A stretch of DNA of 64,000 nucleotides from Coleofasciculus sp. B1-GNL1-01 (GCA_040220235.1 JAVJTO010000004.1); one strand, 5' to 3'. Positions 49,727-59,424 are shown, numbered from the stretch's first letter. Notes: generated by a model from the letters alone, not told the origin. Made by a program: numbers and translations.

Positions 49727-50705
49727 AGAAGAATTACGCGCCATATTAAAGGAATCACTGGATACAATAATTCAGGACGTTAATCGCGCTCTAAATGGAG
49801 AAAACACGGAACAATTAGTAGATGTATTAACTCGTGTGGGACAAGGCGGAAAACTACCGAAATGGTATGAGCAGTTACGAACTCAGCATACATTGCCTAA
49901 CTTAGATGGTAAGACAATTGGTAGTGTTATTGAAATGTTGTTAATTGCGGTACTCGAAAAGATTATATTTCAAGGTCTTGAGATACCGCCATTACGGGTT
50001 AATCCAGCGCGAGGAGTGGACTTTCCCGATTTAGATCTGGGTATTAAATCCCCTTCAGAAAACTACTGCACCAGTGAACCCTTTTTCTCTGCCTATGAAA
50101 GATTACTGGGTTCTGAGTATGATGTGCTGGTTCTACTCACTGACTACCAAACTGCTAAGAAAAATCCACCATTGAGACTGCAAATTATTAAGTTTAAGTA
50201 CCTCTACAAAACTCAGCTAGCAGATTATCGGCTTTGCCAAATTGCTAAAAAGCATCGAGAGTGGTTGGTAACCGAAAACGAATCTTGGGCAAAGAAGGTA
50301 TTTCGATTTCTAGCTTATGTGAATCAAAGTGACTGGCGTGCCAAACAACTGCTGCGTTTGTTGGACTGTCTTCAGGATGCGACATCAGTACACCGTTATA
50401 TTCAGCAGGCTGATGAAGATTTTCAAAAAATTAATAAAAAACGCATTGCCAAAGATGCTGAACCCATTCCCCGATCAGATATTGAATCGTTACACAAAAT
50501 AAATTCTATTCAGCCGTTTTATCTAGGTGTTATTGATGCCGCCGATAATTGGGTGATCGAGATGCAGAAGGACTTAGCGAGATTCCCTAATAGTAATGAG
50601 TGGTCACGTCTTTTGACCAGTCCATTGGATGGTCAAATTGGCATGAGTCCGGCGTTGCAGTGGCGATATAATTTCAGTCGCGTTTTTGGGGTGAATCAGT
50701 CTTAA
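49716..50705 (+). CDS. Putative type II restriction endonuclease
   Basis: Overlaps the MTase by 11 nt; E...VDFPDLDLGIKS PD-(D/E)XK-like segment; no other family recognised. Confidence 0.6.
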   Translation: MLSKEELRAILKESLDTIIQDVNRALNGENTEQLVDVLTRVGQGGKLPKWYEQLRTQHTLPNLDGKTIGSVIEMLLIAVLEKIIFQGLEIPPLRVNPARGVDFPDLDLGIKSPSENYCTSEPFFSAYERLLGSEYDVLVLLTDYQTAKKNPPLRLQIIKFKYLYKTQLADYRLCQIAKKHREWLVTENESWAKKVFRFLAYVNQSDWRAKQLLRLLDCLQDATSVHRYIQQADEDFQKINKKRIAKDAEPIPRSDIESLHKINSIQPFYLGVIDAADNWVIEMQKDLARFPNSNEWSRLLTSPLDGQIGMSPALQWRYNFSRVFGVNQS

Positions 50706-50778
50706 TAACGAGTAGAATAAAGTATCCCTAACTCAATTCTGGGGCTAGGGACAAGGTTACAGCTAAATCTAAGATGGT

Positions 50779-52152
50779 ATGAGTATAGATTTACTGGCAT
50801 TTTTTAAGGCAACAAATCCGGGTCAGACGATTAATATCGCTGATCCAGACGATCGCAAATACTATATTGACTTCTCTCCGGTTCGGGGTGGGACGGTTAT
50901 TGAGGAGTTGAAGGAGAATATTACCATATTCTATGCGAATCAGCCGAGTTGTGATTTGTTTACGGGACATATCGGCTGTGGCAAATCTACGGAGTTACTG
51001 CGGCTGAAGGCGGAATTGGAGGCGGAGGGGTTCCATGTTGTTTATTTTGAGTCGAGTGATGACTTGGAAATGGCAGATGTGGATATTGCAGATGTGTTAC
51101 TGGCGATCGCACGGCGGATTAGTCAGAGTTTAGCAGATGTGGCGATCGCGGAACCCCAGGGATTGAAGCGGTTGCTGAAACGGACGGCGGAACTGTTGCA
51201 GACGGAGTATGATTTATCGGAGGTGGAGTTAGGCTTGCCGAAAATGCCAGGGATTCCCGATGTGAAAGTGAAGGCGAATGACAAAGGGGCGTTGTCTTTA
51301 GCGTTCGGGATTGGTAAGATTACGGCTAAGGCACGAGCGGATTCGGGATTGCGAGAACGGCTGAATCAGTTTTTGGGACCGAAGAAAGCTGAGTTATTAG
51401 CGGCGATTAATCAGGAATTGATTGAACCTGCGATCGCGCAGTTGCAACAGCAGGGGAAACAAGGATTAGTCGTGATTGTGGATAACCTGGATCGGATTGA
51501 GGGTCAAACCAAAGGTTGGGGGCGATCACAACAGGAATATATTTTTATTGATCAGGCAGAATATTTGCAAAAGTTTAACTGCCATGTTGTTTATACCATG
51601 CCCTTGGCGTTAAAGTTTGCGGATGAATATGCGCGGTTAACTCAGCGATATAAGGAAGAACCCAAGGTTTTGCCGATGGTACAGGTACAGCAGGTGGATG
51701 GGAGTGACTGCGAGGAGGGGATGGCGTTACTGCGACAGATGGTTCTGGCGCGGGCGTTGCCGGATTTGGACGCACAAGGGCGGTTAAATCGGGTGAATGA
51801 CATTTTTGATCATCCAGAGAGTTTAGACCGCTTGTGTCGCGTCAGTGGCGGTCATGTGCGGGATTTATTACAACTGTTGATCCAATGGTTGAAAAAGGAT
51901 CTCAAACAAGGGCGATTGACTCGTGAAACGTTGGAGGGTTTGATTCGCAGCCGTCGTAATGAAATGACGCTTACCATTGATGATCACGAATGGGGGTTAT
52001 TGCGAAAAGTTCGGGAACGGAAGAAAGTGAGTGGGGATGATGGGTATCAGAAATTAATTTACAGTCGGCTGGTGTTTGAATATCGCGATCGCGGCGAGTC
52101 TTGGTTTGATATTAATCCGGTTTTGGCAGAGGCTAAGGAGTTAAGGGAATAA
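50779..52152 (+). CDS. P-loop ATPase of the cyanobacterial ATPase + TPR/WD40 pair type
   Basis: Walker A FTGHIGCGKS, Walker B VIVDNLDR, SGGHVRDL, WFDINP. Confidence 0.85.
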   Translation: MSIDLLAFFKATNPGQTINIADPDDRKYYIDFSPVRGGTVIEELKENITIFYANQPSCDLFTGHIGCGKSTELLRLKAELEAEGFHVVYFESSDDLEMADVDIADVLLAIARRISQSLADVAIAEPQGLKRLLKRTAELLQTEYDLSEVELGLPKMPGIPDVKVKANDKGALSLAFGIGKITAKARADSGLRERLNQFLGPKKAELLAAINQELIEPAIAQLQQQGKQGLVVIVDNLDRIEGQTKGWGRSQQEYIFIDQAEYLQKFNCHVVYTMPLALKFADEYARLTQRYKEEPKVLPMVQVQQVDGSDCEEGMALLRQMVLARALPDLDAQGRLNRVNDIFDHPESLDRLCRVSGGHVRDLLQLLIQWLKKDLKQGRLTRETLEGLIRSRRNEMTLTIDDHEWGLLRKVRERKKVSGDDGYQKLIYSRLVFEYRDRGESWFDINPVLAEAKELRE

Positions 52153-53277
52153 TCATTGGTCATTTGGCTTTAAGGTAAACCGTTCTAACAATTGTTCACG
52201 CGAAAGGGTAATGAGTAGGGGGGTTAACTCTTGAGGGGGCAATTGTAACATGGGCGCGATCGCACTGGCTAATTCGGGGTCAAGTTCCCCAAATCGCACT
52301 CTCAGAAATCGTTCTACAGTGTCTTGTCGTAAGGTATCGTCTCGAATGGGCAGATTACCAAACCATAGTAAGAGTTCCTCACGTTCAAGGTTAAATAACA
52401 GCCGAGTTAACTCTTGAGGGGGTAATTGCAACATGGGCGCGATCGTACTGGTTAAGTCTGGGTCAAGTTCCCCAAATCGGACTCGCAGGAAGTTTTCCGC
52501 CATTTGGCGTTGTCCTTCAAGTCTACCTTCCAGTCTGCCTTCTTGTATCCCTTCTCGCTTACCTTGTTGTAAGGTTTCTTCTTGCCATTTTAAATACGCT
52601 GGTGATAAGTTCATGAGCAATTCCCTGTCCTGTTCACTTAAATTGTCGCTTTCGTTGATCGTGATACGCCAGTTTGCCAGAATCTGTAAAATTGTCTGCC
52701 GATAGGGGTTCTGTTGGGGTAAAGCCACCAATTCATTAATCGCTTGTTTCTGAGTTCCGCGTTTTCCCAGAACCCTTAACCATAGTGTATCTTCAGTGAC
52801 TGGCAGTTGGTTGATGGCGATTAATGCTGTTTTCAGAAATTTTGCCATGAAATATACCCCTTCTCCCCAGTTTTCTGAGGGATGGAGTTTGGCACCAAAT
52901 CCGTCTAACAACCTTGGGGAACAAGAGGGTGAGAGAATCCACAAATGGGGCCAATCGGTGTCGGGGAATGAAGTTCGTTCTCGTCTGGCTTTTCGCCGCA
53001 TTTCACTGCGTACTGAGTTTAACTTGCTTTGGCAGTCGAGTACCTCGGCGGGGTTGGGTGGATTGCGGAAGGGTTCTAGTAGACAGGCGGTTGTTGCCAT
53101 TCGCCCTAGTAATCCCAGGTTTTCGGCGGCGGTTGCTGGTGATGGGGTTGGTACAAACCAAACATCAACTTGGCGGATTTCGGGGGATATTTCGCGGCTG
53201 GTTTCGACGTTTCCTAGAGGGGCTAATAATTCCTCTAGGTATTGCTTGGCAAATTGATCGTGAGGCTTTCGTGTCAT
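52153..53277 (-). CDS. Rpn/YhgA-like PD-(D/E)XK-fold protein with duplicated C-terminal DUF4351-like module
   Basis: HDQFAKQYL, QVDVWF, LLEPFR, TLWLRVLG, QEGRLEGRLEG repeats, two RFGELDP...LQLPPQEL units. Confidence 0.75.
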   Translation of the reverse strand: MTRKPHDQFAKQYLEELLAPLGNVETSREISPEIRQVDVWFVPTPSPATAAENLGLLGRMATTACLLEPFRNPPNPAEVLDCQSKLNSVRSEMRRKARRERTSFPDTDWPHLWILSPSCSPRLLDGFGAKLHPSENWGEGVYFMAKFLKTALIAINQLPVTEDTLWLRVLGKRGTQKQAINELVALPQQNPYRQTILQILANWRITINESDNLSEQDRELLMNLSPAYLKWQEETLQQGKREGIQEGRLEGRLEGQRQMAENFLRVRFGELDPDLTSTIAPMLQLPPQELTRLLFNLEREELLLWFGNLPIRDDTLRQDTVERFLRVRFGELDPELASAIAPMLQLPPQELTPLLITLSREQLLERFTLKPNDQ

Positions 53278-53372
53278 TCAAGTTTAAGATAATGTTGCTT
53301 AGAATTTTAGGATAAGTGTTTACGCGATGATGGCGCTAAAGCGCAACTACAAGCGCAACTACGAACGAAACG

Positions 53373-56300
53373 ATGTCGCAGCTACCTGATATTACACCGG
53401 AGAATCAAACCGAACTTGAGGAACTGGCGTTGACGCTGGACGCTTTTCAGGGTCAGTTTTTGCTGGTTTTTGCCCGATGTAATTATGACAGAGTGCGATC
53501 GCGTCTGATTCAAGTCCTCCAGGATTCGTCTCCTTTGAACATTCGCACGATTACGCTGAACCCTGATGATACGGCGCTATATCAGCGGATTCAGGGGGAA
53601 TTGCAGGGGGAAATTTCAAAGCCTCTCTCCTCGCAGGAGAGAGGTTTGGAGAGAGGTTTTCCAAATCCCGTGAATAGTCAGGATAAACCGGGGGCGCTGA
53701 TGGTTTTGGGGTTGGAGTCGGTGCTATCTCTGGAGAGGATGCTGGCGGGGGCGGATTTGGTGCGGGAAGAGTTTCGTCACCATTGTCCGTTTCCGGTTGT
53801 GGTTTGGGTGACGGATTCGGTGAAGGCGCAATGGATGCAGTTTGCCCGTAATCTGGAAAGTTGGGGCGTGAGTAGTCGGTTTACGATTAGCCGTGGGGAG
53901 TTGGCGGCGTTTATTAAAGGGAAGGCGGATCAATGGTTGGCGGATGGGTTGAATTTAACCGAGACGGAGTGTATTGAATTTAGGGGAGAATTAGAGGCGG
54001 CTGAAGGGGAGTTACAGGTAGAGGATAATGGGTTAGAACCGGAATTAGCGGCGGCGTTATTCACATTATTGGGAATTTGTCAAGAACAACAGGGAGAGAT
54101 TCAAACGGCGATTGATTATTTTGAGCAAGCCTTGGGATGTTGGCAGGAATTGCAACGTTTTGAGTATGAAGGGATTGTTTTAAGGGAGATGGTTTATGGT
54201 TATTTCTGCCAAATTAATCGGATTCAACCTGCGACAATTTCTAGGGATGACTATAATCAGATTCAAGCTAAAATTAAGGACTCTATTCAGCAAGCATTAA
54301 CTGCCTTTCATCGGGCGCAACGTCCGGATTTAATTGCTGATTCGATTGGGGTATTTGGTGCGGTTTTGCGGGAGTTGCAGGATTGGCAACAGTTGCAAGA
54401 GTTGGCGGAACAGGCGTTGGTGTTTGACCAAGGGGAAAATCGCCGGGATAAATTGGCGTTGGATTATACGTTTTTGGCTGATGTTGCTTTGGCTGAAGAA
54501 CGTTGGCAAGCAGCGAAGGAGTTGGCGGAAGCGGCGTTAAATCAGGTTGAAGCAATTGCGCCGGGGGAAGAGATAGAGGTAAAAAGTAGATGCTATTGGA
54601 TTAAAGCGCGATCGCACGTTAATTTAGGTCAATGTTCGGCGGCGATTGAACAGTTAGAATTTGCCCATGGTATCAGTCAACCGTTATCCTCTCCTCGGCT
54701 TTATCTGGATATTTTAGGCGATTTACATGATCTCTACTGGCAGACAAAAGATTATCTCAACGCCTTTAAAATTAAGCAGGAACGGCAAACCGTTGAAACC
54801 CAATTAGGATTAAGGGCGTTTATCGGTGCCAGTCGCATTCCATCAACTGTCGGGGCGGGGGCGGTAGGGGCGCACCGACGTGCGCCCTCATCTCCTCCTC
54901 AATCTCCCGCATCTTCCCCTCTTCCCATCGCCTCAGAAATTATCGCCTGGGGGCGGGAAAAAGATGTGCGAGAATTAGTTGAACGGGTGCAACGTTCTGA
55001 TCATAAAGTTATTGTCATCTATGGTTATTCTGGCGTAGGTAAAAGTTCTTTAGTCAATGCTGGACTCATCCCAACTCTACACCATACTACCGTCAGTGGA
55101 CAACGCATCATCCCAATTTTGAGCCAAGTTTATACCGATTGGGAACGAGAATTAGGACAGCAATTAACCGCCGCGCTAGAAACACAAAATATTTCTATCA
55201 CTCAACCCCTTGATTCTAAAACTGCAATTTTAGCCGCCTTGCGTCAGAGTGAAACGCAGCAGGTGCGAATTGTGTTAATTTTTGACCAGTTTGAGGAGTT
55301 CTTTTTTGTTTCCGATGACAAGGGTAACAAGAATAAAATCTTTGAGACTGATTTTTTTGACTTTTTAGGTCAGTGTCTAGACATTTTGTCCCTGACGGTG
55401 ATTTTTTCTATTCGCCGAGATTACCTCTATTATTTAGTAGACCAACCCGGAATGGGAAGTTATGACCTGTTGAGTAAGAATAGTCTCTATAAAATTTCTA
55501 ACTTAACACCAGAGGAGGCACAAAACTTACTCGAACAACTGACCACACGGTCTAGTTTTAAATTGGAATCGGCGTTAATTGAACAACTGGTGCAGGATTT
55601 AGCGGGAGATTATCAGAAAGTACGCCCGATTGAGTTACAGGTTGTCGGGGCGCAACTGCAAGCTGAGGGAATTAGAACCTTAGCGGAGTATCAACAGTTT
55701 GGCACTAAAGAAGAATTGGTGCTGCGCTATCTGGCGGAAGTGGTGGAGGATTGCGGCGCAGAAAATCAGCCCGTGGCGGAGGTGCTGTTGTATTTGTTGA
55801 CCGATGAGAAAGAGCGGCGACTGCTGAAAACTCGTGGGGAGTTGGAGGAGGAGTTAAAGGATTTTGTCACAGTAGCGGCGAGTCAGTTGGATTTAATTTT
55901 AGAGATTTTAGTGTTATCGGGGTTAGTTTTTATTGTCCCGGATACGCCGGATGACCGCTATCAGTTGGTGCATGATTATTTAGTGTCCTTTATTCGCCAG
56001 CAGCAAGAGCCAAAGATACAAGAAATTATTGCCCAACTGAATCGGGAACGGGAACAGCGTCAGCAGTTAGAGCGAAGTATTGAACAGGTTCGGGGAGAGT
56101 TACGCTTGGTTTTAGAGGAACGAGAACGGGTGATGGTGGAGGTTAGGGAAGCAAAGAAGTCTTTGGCGCAAGTGGAAGCAGAACGAGAAGAAGCCTTGAA
56201 AGGAACAGAATTGGAACGGTTGGGTACATTGGCTCTCAGACAATTTAACTATACTCAAATTCCGGCATTACTCACCGCGATGCGAGCGGGTAAGGAGTTA

Positions 56301-57482
56301 AAAGCGATTGTTAAAGACCGACCACTTGATCAGTATCCTGCCTATAGTCCCCTCTTAGCACTACAACAGATTTTGGATCAAATTCGCGAGCGAAATCAAC
56401 TGCGCGGTCATGAAGATTCGGTTTGGAGTGTCACTTTTAGCCCCGATGGAGAGCAAATTGCTAGCGCTTCATCTGACGGAACGGTGCGGTTGTGGGATAA
56501 AAAGGGCAAAAAATTAGCCGTCCTTCGCGGTCATGAAAATTGGGTTTGGAGTGTCACTTTTAGCCCCGATGGAGCGCAAATTGCTAGCGCTTCGTGGGAC
56601 AAAACCGTGCGGTTGTGGGATAAAAAGGGCAAAAAATTAGCCGTCCTGCGCGGTCATGAAGATTCGGTTAGGAGTGTCACTTTTAGCCCCGATGGAGAGC
56701 AAATTGCTAGCGCTTCCGATGACGGAACGGTGCGGTTGTGGGATAAAAATGGAGACGAATTAGCCGTCCTTCGCGGTCATGAAGATTCGGTTTGGAGTGT
56801 CACTTTTAGCCCCGATGGAGAGCAAATTGCTAGCGCTTCGTGGGACAAAACCGTGCGGTTGTGGGATAAAAAGGGCAAAAAATTAGCCGTCCTTCGCGGT
56901 CATGAATCTTCGGTTAGTAGTATCACTTTTAGCCCCGATGGAGCGCAAATTGCTAGCGCTTCATCTGACGGAACGGTGCGGTTGTGGGATAAAAAGGGAT
57001 CCGAATTAGCCGTCCTGCGCGGTCATGAAAATTGGGTTAGGAGTGTCACTTTTAGCCCCGATGGAGCGCATATTGCTAGCGCTTCTTGTGACAAAACCGT
57101 GCGGTTGTGGGATAAAAAGGGCAAAGAATTAGCTGTCCTTCGCGGTCATGAATCTTTGGTTAGGAGTGTCACTTTTAGCCCTGATGGAGAGCAAATTGCT
57201 AGCGCTTCGTGGGACAAAACCGTGCGGTTGTGGGATAAAAAGGGAGCCGAATTAGCCGTCCTGCGCGGTCATGAAGATTGGGTTTTGAGTGTCAGCTTTA
57301 GCCCCGATGGAAAGCAAATTGCTAGCGCTTCAGGAGATGGAACCGTGCGCTTATGGCGGGTGGAGACGTTAGATGACTTGCTGGTTCGCGGTTGCCACTT
57401 GTTGCAGGACTATCTCCGCACCCATCCCGATGTCAGTGATCTCAATAAGTTTTGTGCAGGGGAATTAGGGGTGGCTGAATAA
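53373..57482 (+). CDS. NLR-like protein: degenerate P-loop domain, TPRs, nSTAND1-type NTPase, coiled coil and 8 WD40 repeats
   Basis: GYSGVGKSSLVNAGL, IFDQFEEFF, RPIELQVVGAQL, YQLVHDYL; GH...WD repeats with a 123-bp period. Confidence 0.88.
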   Translation: MSQLPDITPENQTELEELALTLDAFQGQFLLVFARCNYDRVRSRLIQVLQDSSPLNIRTITLNPDDTALYQRIQGELQGEISKPLSSQERGLERGFPNPVNSQDKPGALMVLGLESVLSLERMLAGADLVREEFRHHCPFPVVVWVTDSVKAQWMQFARNLESWGVSSRFTISRGELAAFIKGKADQWLADGLNLTETECIEFRGELEAAEGELQVEDNGLEPELAAALFTLLGICQEQQGEIQTAIDYFEQALGCWQELQRFEYEGIVLREMVYGYFCQINRIQPATISRDDYNQIQAKIKDSIQQALTAFHRAQRPDLIADSIGVFGAVLRELQDWQQLQELAEQALVFDQGENRRDKLALDYTFLADVALAEERWQAAKELAEAALNQVEAIAPGEEIEVKSRCYWIKARSHVNLGQCSAAIEQLEFAHGISQPLSSPRLYLDILGDLHDLYWQTKDYLNAFKIKQERQTVETQLGLRAFIGASRIPSTVGAGAVGAHRRAPSSPPQSPASSPLPIASEIIAWGREKDVRELVERVQRSDHKVIVIYGYSGVGKSSLVNAGLIPTLHHTTVSGQRIIPILSQVYTDWERELGQQLTAALETQNISITQPLDSKTAILAALRQSETQQVRIVLIFDQFEEFFFVSDDKGNKNKIFETDFFDFLGQCLDILSLTVIFSIRRDYLYYLVDQPGMGSYDLLSKNSLYKISNLTPEEAQNLLEQLTTRSSFKLESALIEQLVQDLAGDYQKVRPIELQVVGAQLQAEGIRTLAEYQQFGTKEELVLRYLAEVVEDCGAENQPVAEVLLYLLTDEKERRLLKTRGELEEELKDFVTVAASQLDLILEILVLSGLVFIVPDTPDDRYQLVHDYLVSFIRQQQEPKIQEIIAQLNREREQRQQLERSIEQVRGELRLVLEERERVMVEVREAKKSLAQVEAEREEALKGTELERLGTLALRQFNYTQIPALLTAMRAGKELKAIVKDRPLDQYPAYSPLLALQQILDQIRERNQLRGHEDSVWSVTFSPDGEQIASASSDGTVRLWDKKGKKLAVLRGHENWVWSVTFSPDGAQIASASWDKTVRLWDKKGKKLAVLRGHEDSVRSVTFSPDGEQIASASDDGTVRLWDKNGDELAVLRGHEDSVWSVTFSPDGEQIASASWDKTVRLWDKKGKKLAVLRGHESSVSSITFSPDGAQIASASSDGTVRLWDKKGSELAVLRGHENWVRSVTFSPDGAHIASASCDKTVRLWDKKGKELAVLRGHESLVRSVTFSPDGEQIASASWDKTVRLWDKKGAELAVLRGHEDWVLSVSFSPDGKQIASASGDGTVRLWRVETLDDLLVRGCHLLQDYLRTHPDVSDLNKFCAGELGVAE
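56403..57360 (+). repeat. Eight near-identical 123-bp WD40-coding repeats
   Basis: Units start at 56403, 56526, 56649, 56772, 56895, 57018, 57141 and 57264. Confidence 0.93.
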
Positions 57483-57984
57483 GGGTTGTGGTGAAGGGAA
57501 GCAGGGGGAGACGTGTAATGGCGCATTCGTCTATGAGTCTCCACTACTCATCGTTGCCATTTGTATATGGGGTTTTGAGTCTGTGATGCGAGCGTTGATG
57601 GCGCTAAAGCGCAACTACGAACTAAAAATCTGCGAAATCAGTGTTTTGGTTCAACGTCCAAAATTCATAAAATGGGGCAGAACTCTGGTCTGACTGTTGA
57701 TAATTTTGCTGACGGGTAGAACTTCCCTGGGATGGCGACATTAAAATAGTTTCCAACACTTGTTCCACGCGATCGCACGATCAAAAAAAACCGTGTGACC
57801 TTTGCTGGGTAATGACTTTGGCTTAAAAACAGGACGATTGAACTAAGAGCTTGTAACATCTCGTTACAATTAACTTGGCGCGATCGCACTCGACCTGCTG
57901 AAAATAAGAAGGATAGGGTTAGGGGAACCCTTCACCCTATACCATCTAAAATGATGAACGTCAGATTCAAGGAGTATCCGCCTA

Positions 57985-59424
57985 ATGTTGCCATACGTCC
58001 TCGCGTTGGTTATCGGTCTTGGTAGCTTTGCCTATTACATGGCAGCATTCTTTTTTCCCGAAGTCCACCGCAAAAGCGACTTCCTCTGGAGTGGTGTCGG
58101 ATTTTTCTACGCCCTCGTCTTGTGGGTGTGCGCCGGACGGATTACGGGGGCGGTACTCCTGAGTCAACTCGCTAGTGTATCTCTACTGGGGTGGTTAGGC
58201 TGGCAAACTCTGATGCTGCGGCGACAGTTGGCGTTACCTGAAGCCCAAACCGAAATTTCGCCCCAAGTTCAGGAAAAAATAGCTAGTTCTGGGATGTTCC
58301 AACTGGCAAAAAGTCTAGTTGTTCAACCCGTCGCCCGGGTGTTCCGTAGAAAACCCGTTGCGCCAACCCCCGTCGTGACTGAACCGGAACCTGTGACAGA
58401 ACCCGCCGCGCCAGAGACGGAAATCGCCCCAGCCAAAACGGAAATTGGCGAACCCTCCTCTGGGACAGTTACAGAGATAACAGAGGAAGTGCAACCGCCA
58501 TCGGAAGAACCCGATGTTCCCGTCGCCTCTTTTACAGAGGTAAGCGAGGAAATCCCAGAGGAAATCCCAGAGGAAACCCCAGAGGAACCCGTAATCGCGG
58601 ATATCACCGAACCGACTCAAGTCAGGGAAACGGTGGAAACAACGTCAACTGAAAAGGTTGAGGAACCCACTGAGGAAACAACCCCGCCCGAACAGATAGG
58701 GGAATTTGCCCCAGACGAGTCTCCAACCCGGACACCCCTAGAAGAATGGACGTTAACCGAGACATCTGTAGCCGAGACACCCCTAGAGGAACAGACATTA
58801 ACTGAGACACCTGTAGCCGAAACACCCACCAAACCCGTCCAGAAACAAACCAAACAACGTCAAGGAATTAGGGGATTTTTCAATAAGTTCTTAGGCAAAG
58901 GGAAGGCAAAACCCGCTAAAACAAAGGAACCGCAGACAGTATCAGAGGATATTTCCACCTCACCCACACCAGAAATCCCTGAATCTAGTCCGCCAGACAC
59001 CCCACTCGACACTTCCCCAACTCCGACTCAGGATATAGAAGAAACAGCCGCAGCCGAGGAAACCCTAGCCGACGAAACCCCAGCGGAAACCCAAATTGTT
59101 GACGTTACCCCAGCAGCAGAAACACCCACAACGGAACCGGAACTCACTCAGAACCCAGACATCCAACCCTCAGAAACCCCCGAAGAATCCGCAACTGAGA
59201 CGACTCAACCCGCTGATTCAGAACCCCTGATGCGCCCGAATCCGCCTGAACCCGAACAGGTAGACGCCGCGAACCCATCCCCGGAACCGGAAACCTCAGA
59301 GTCTCCAGACATCCCAGTCGCAGATATTACCCCAGAATCGCAACTATCGCCTCCCGCTGAACCGATAGGAGAGGGTGACGTCAACACCCGACAATCTCAA
59401 GATTCAGAAAATCCTCCCCAGTAA
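57985..59424 (+). CDS. Ycf66-family membrane protein with long acidic E/T/P-rich tail
   Basis: AFFFPEVHRKSDFLWSGVGFFYALVLW...RITGAVLL N-terminal domain. Confidence 0.8.
   Translation: MLPYVLALVIGLGSFAYYMAAFFFPEVHRKSDFLWSGVGFFYALVLWVCAGRITGAVLLSQLASVSLLGWLGWQTLMLRRQLALPEAQTEISPQVQEKIASSGMFQLAKSLVVQPVARVFRRKPVAPTPVVTEPEPVTEPAAPETEIAPAKTEIGEPSSGTVTEITEEVQPPSEEPDVPVASFTEVSEEIPEEIPEETPEEPVIADITEPTQVRETVETTSTEKVEEPTEETTPPEQIGEFAPDESPTRTPLEEWTLTETSVAETPLEEQTLTETPVAETPTKPVQKQTKQRQGIRGFFNKFLGKGKAKPAKTKEPQTVSEDISTSPTPEIPESSPPDTPLDTSPTPTQDIEETAAAEETLADETPAETQIVDVTPAAETPTTEPELTQNPDIQPSETPEESATETTQPADSEPLMRPNPPEPEQVDAANPSPEPETSESPDIPVADITPESQLSPPAEPIGEGDVNTRQSQDSENPPQ

Noticed and set aside
56403..57360. 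CRISPR array or DGR template/variable repeats
   Set aside because: Contiguous in-frame coding repeats with no spacers; no cas or reverse transcriptase gene in the window, and the differences do not look adenine-specific
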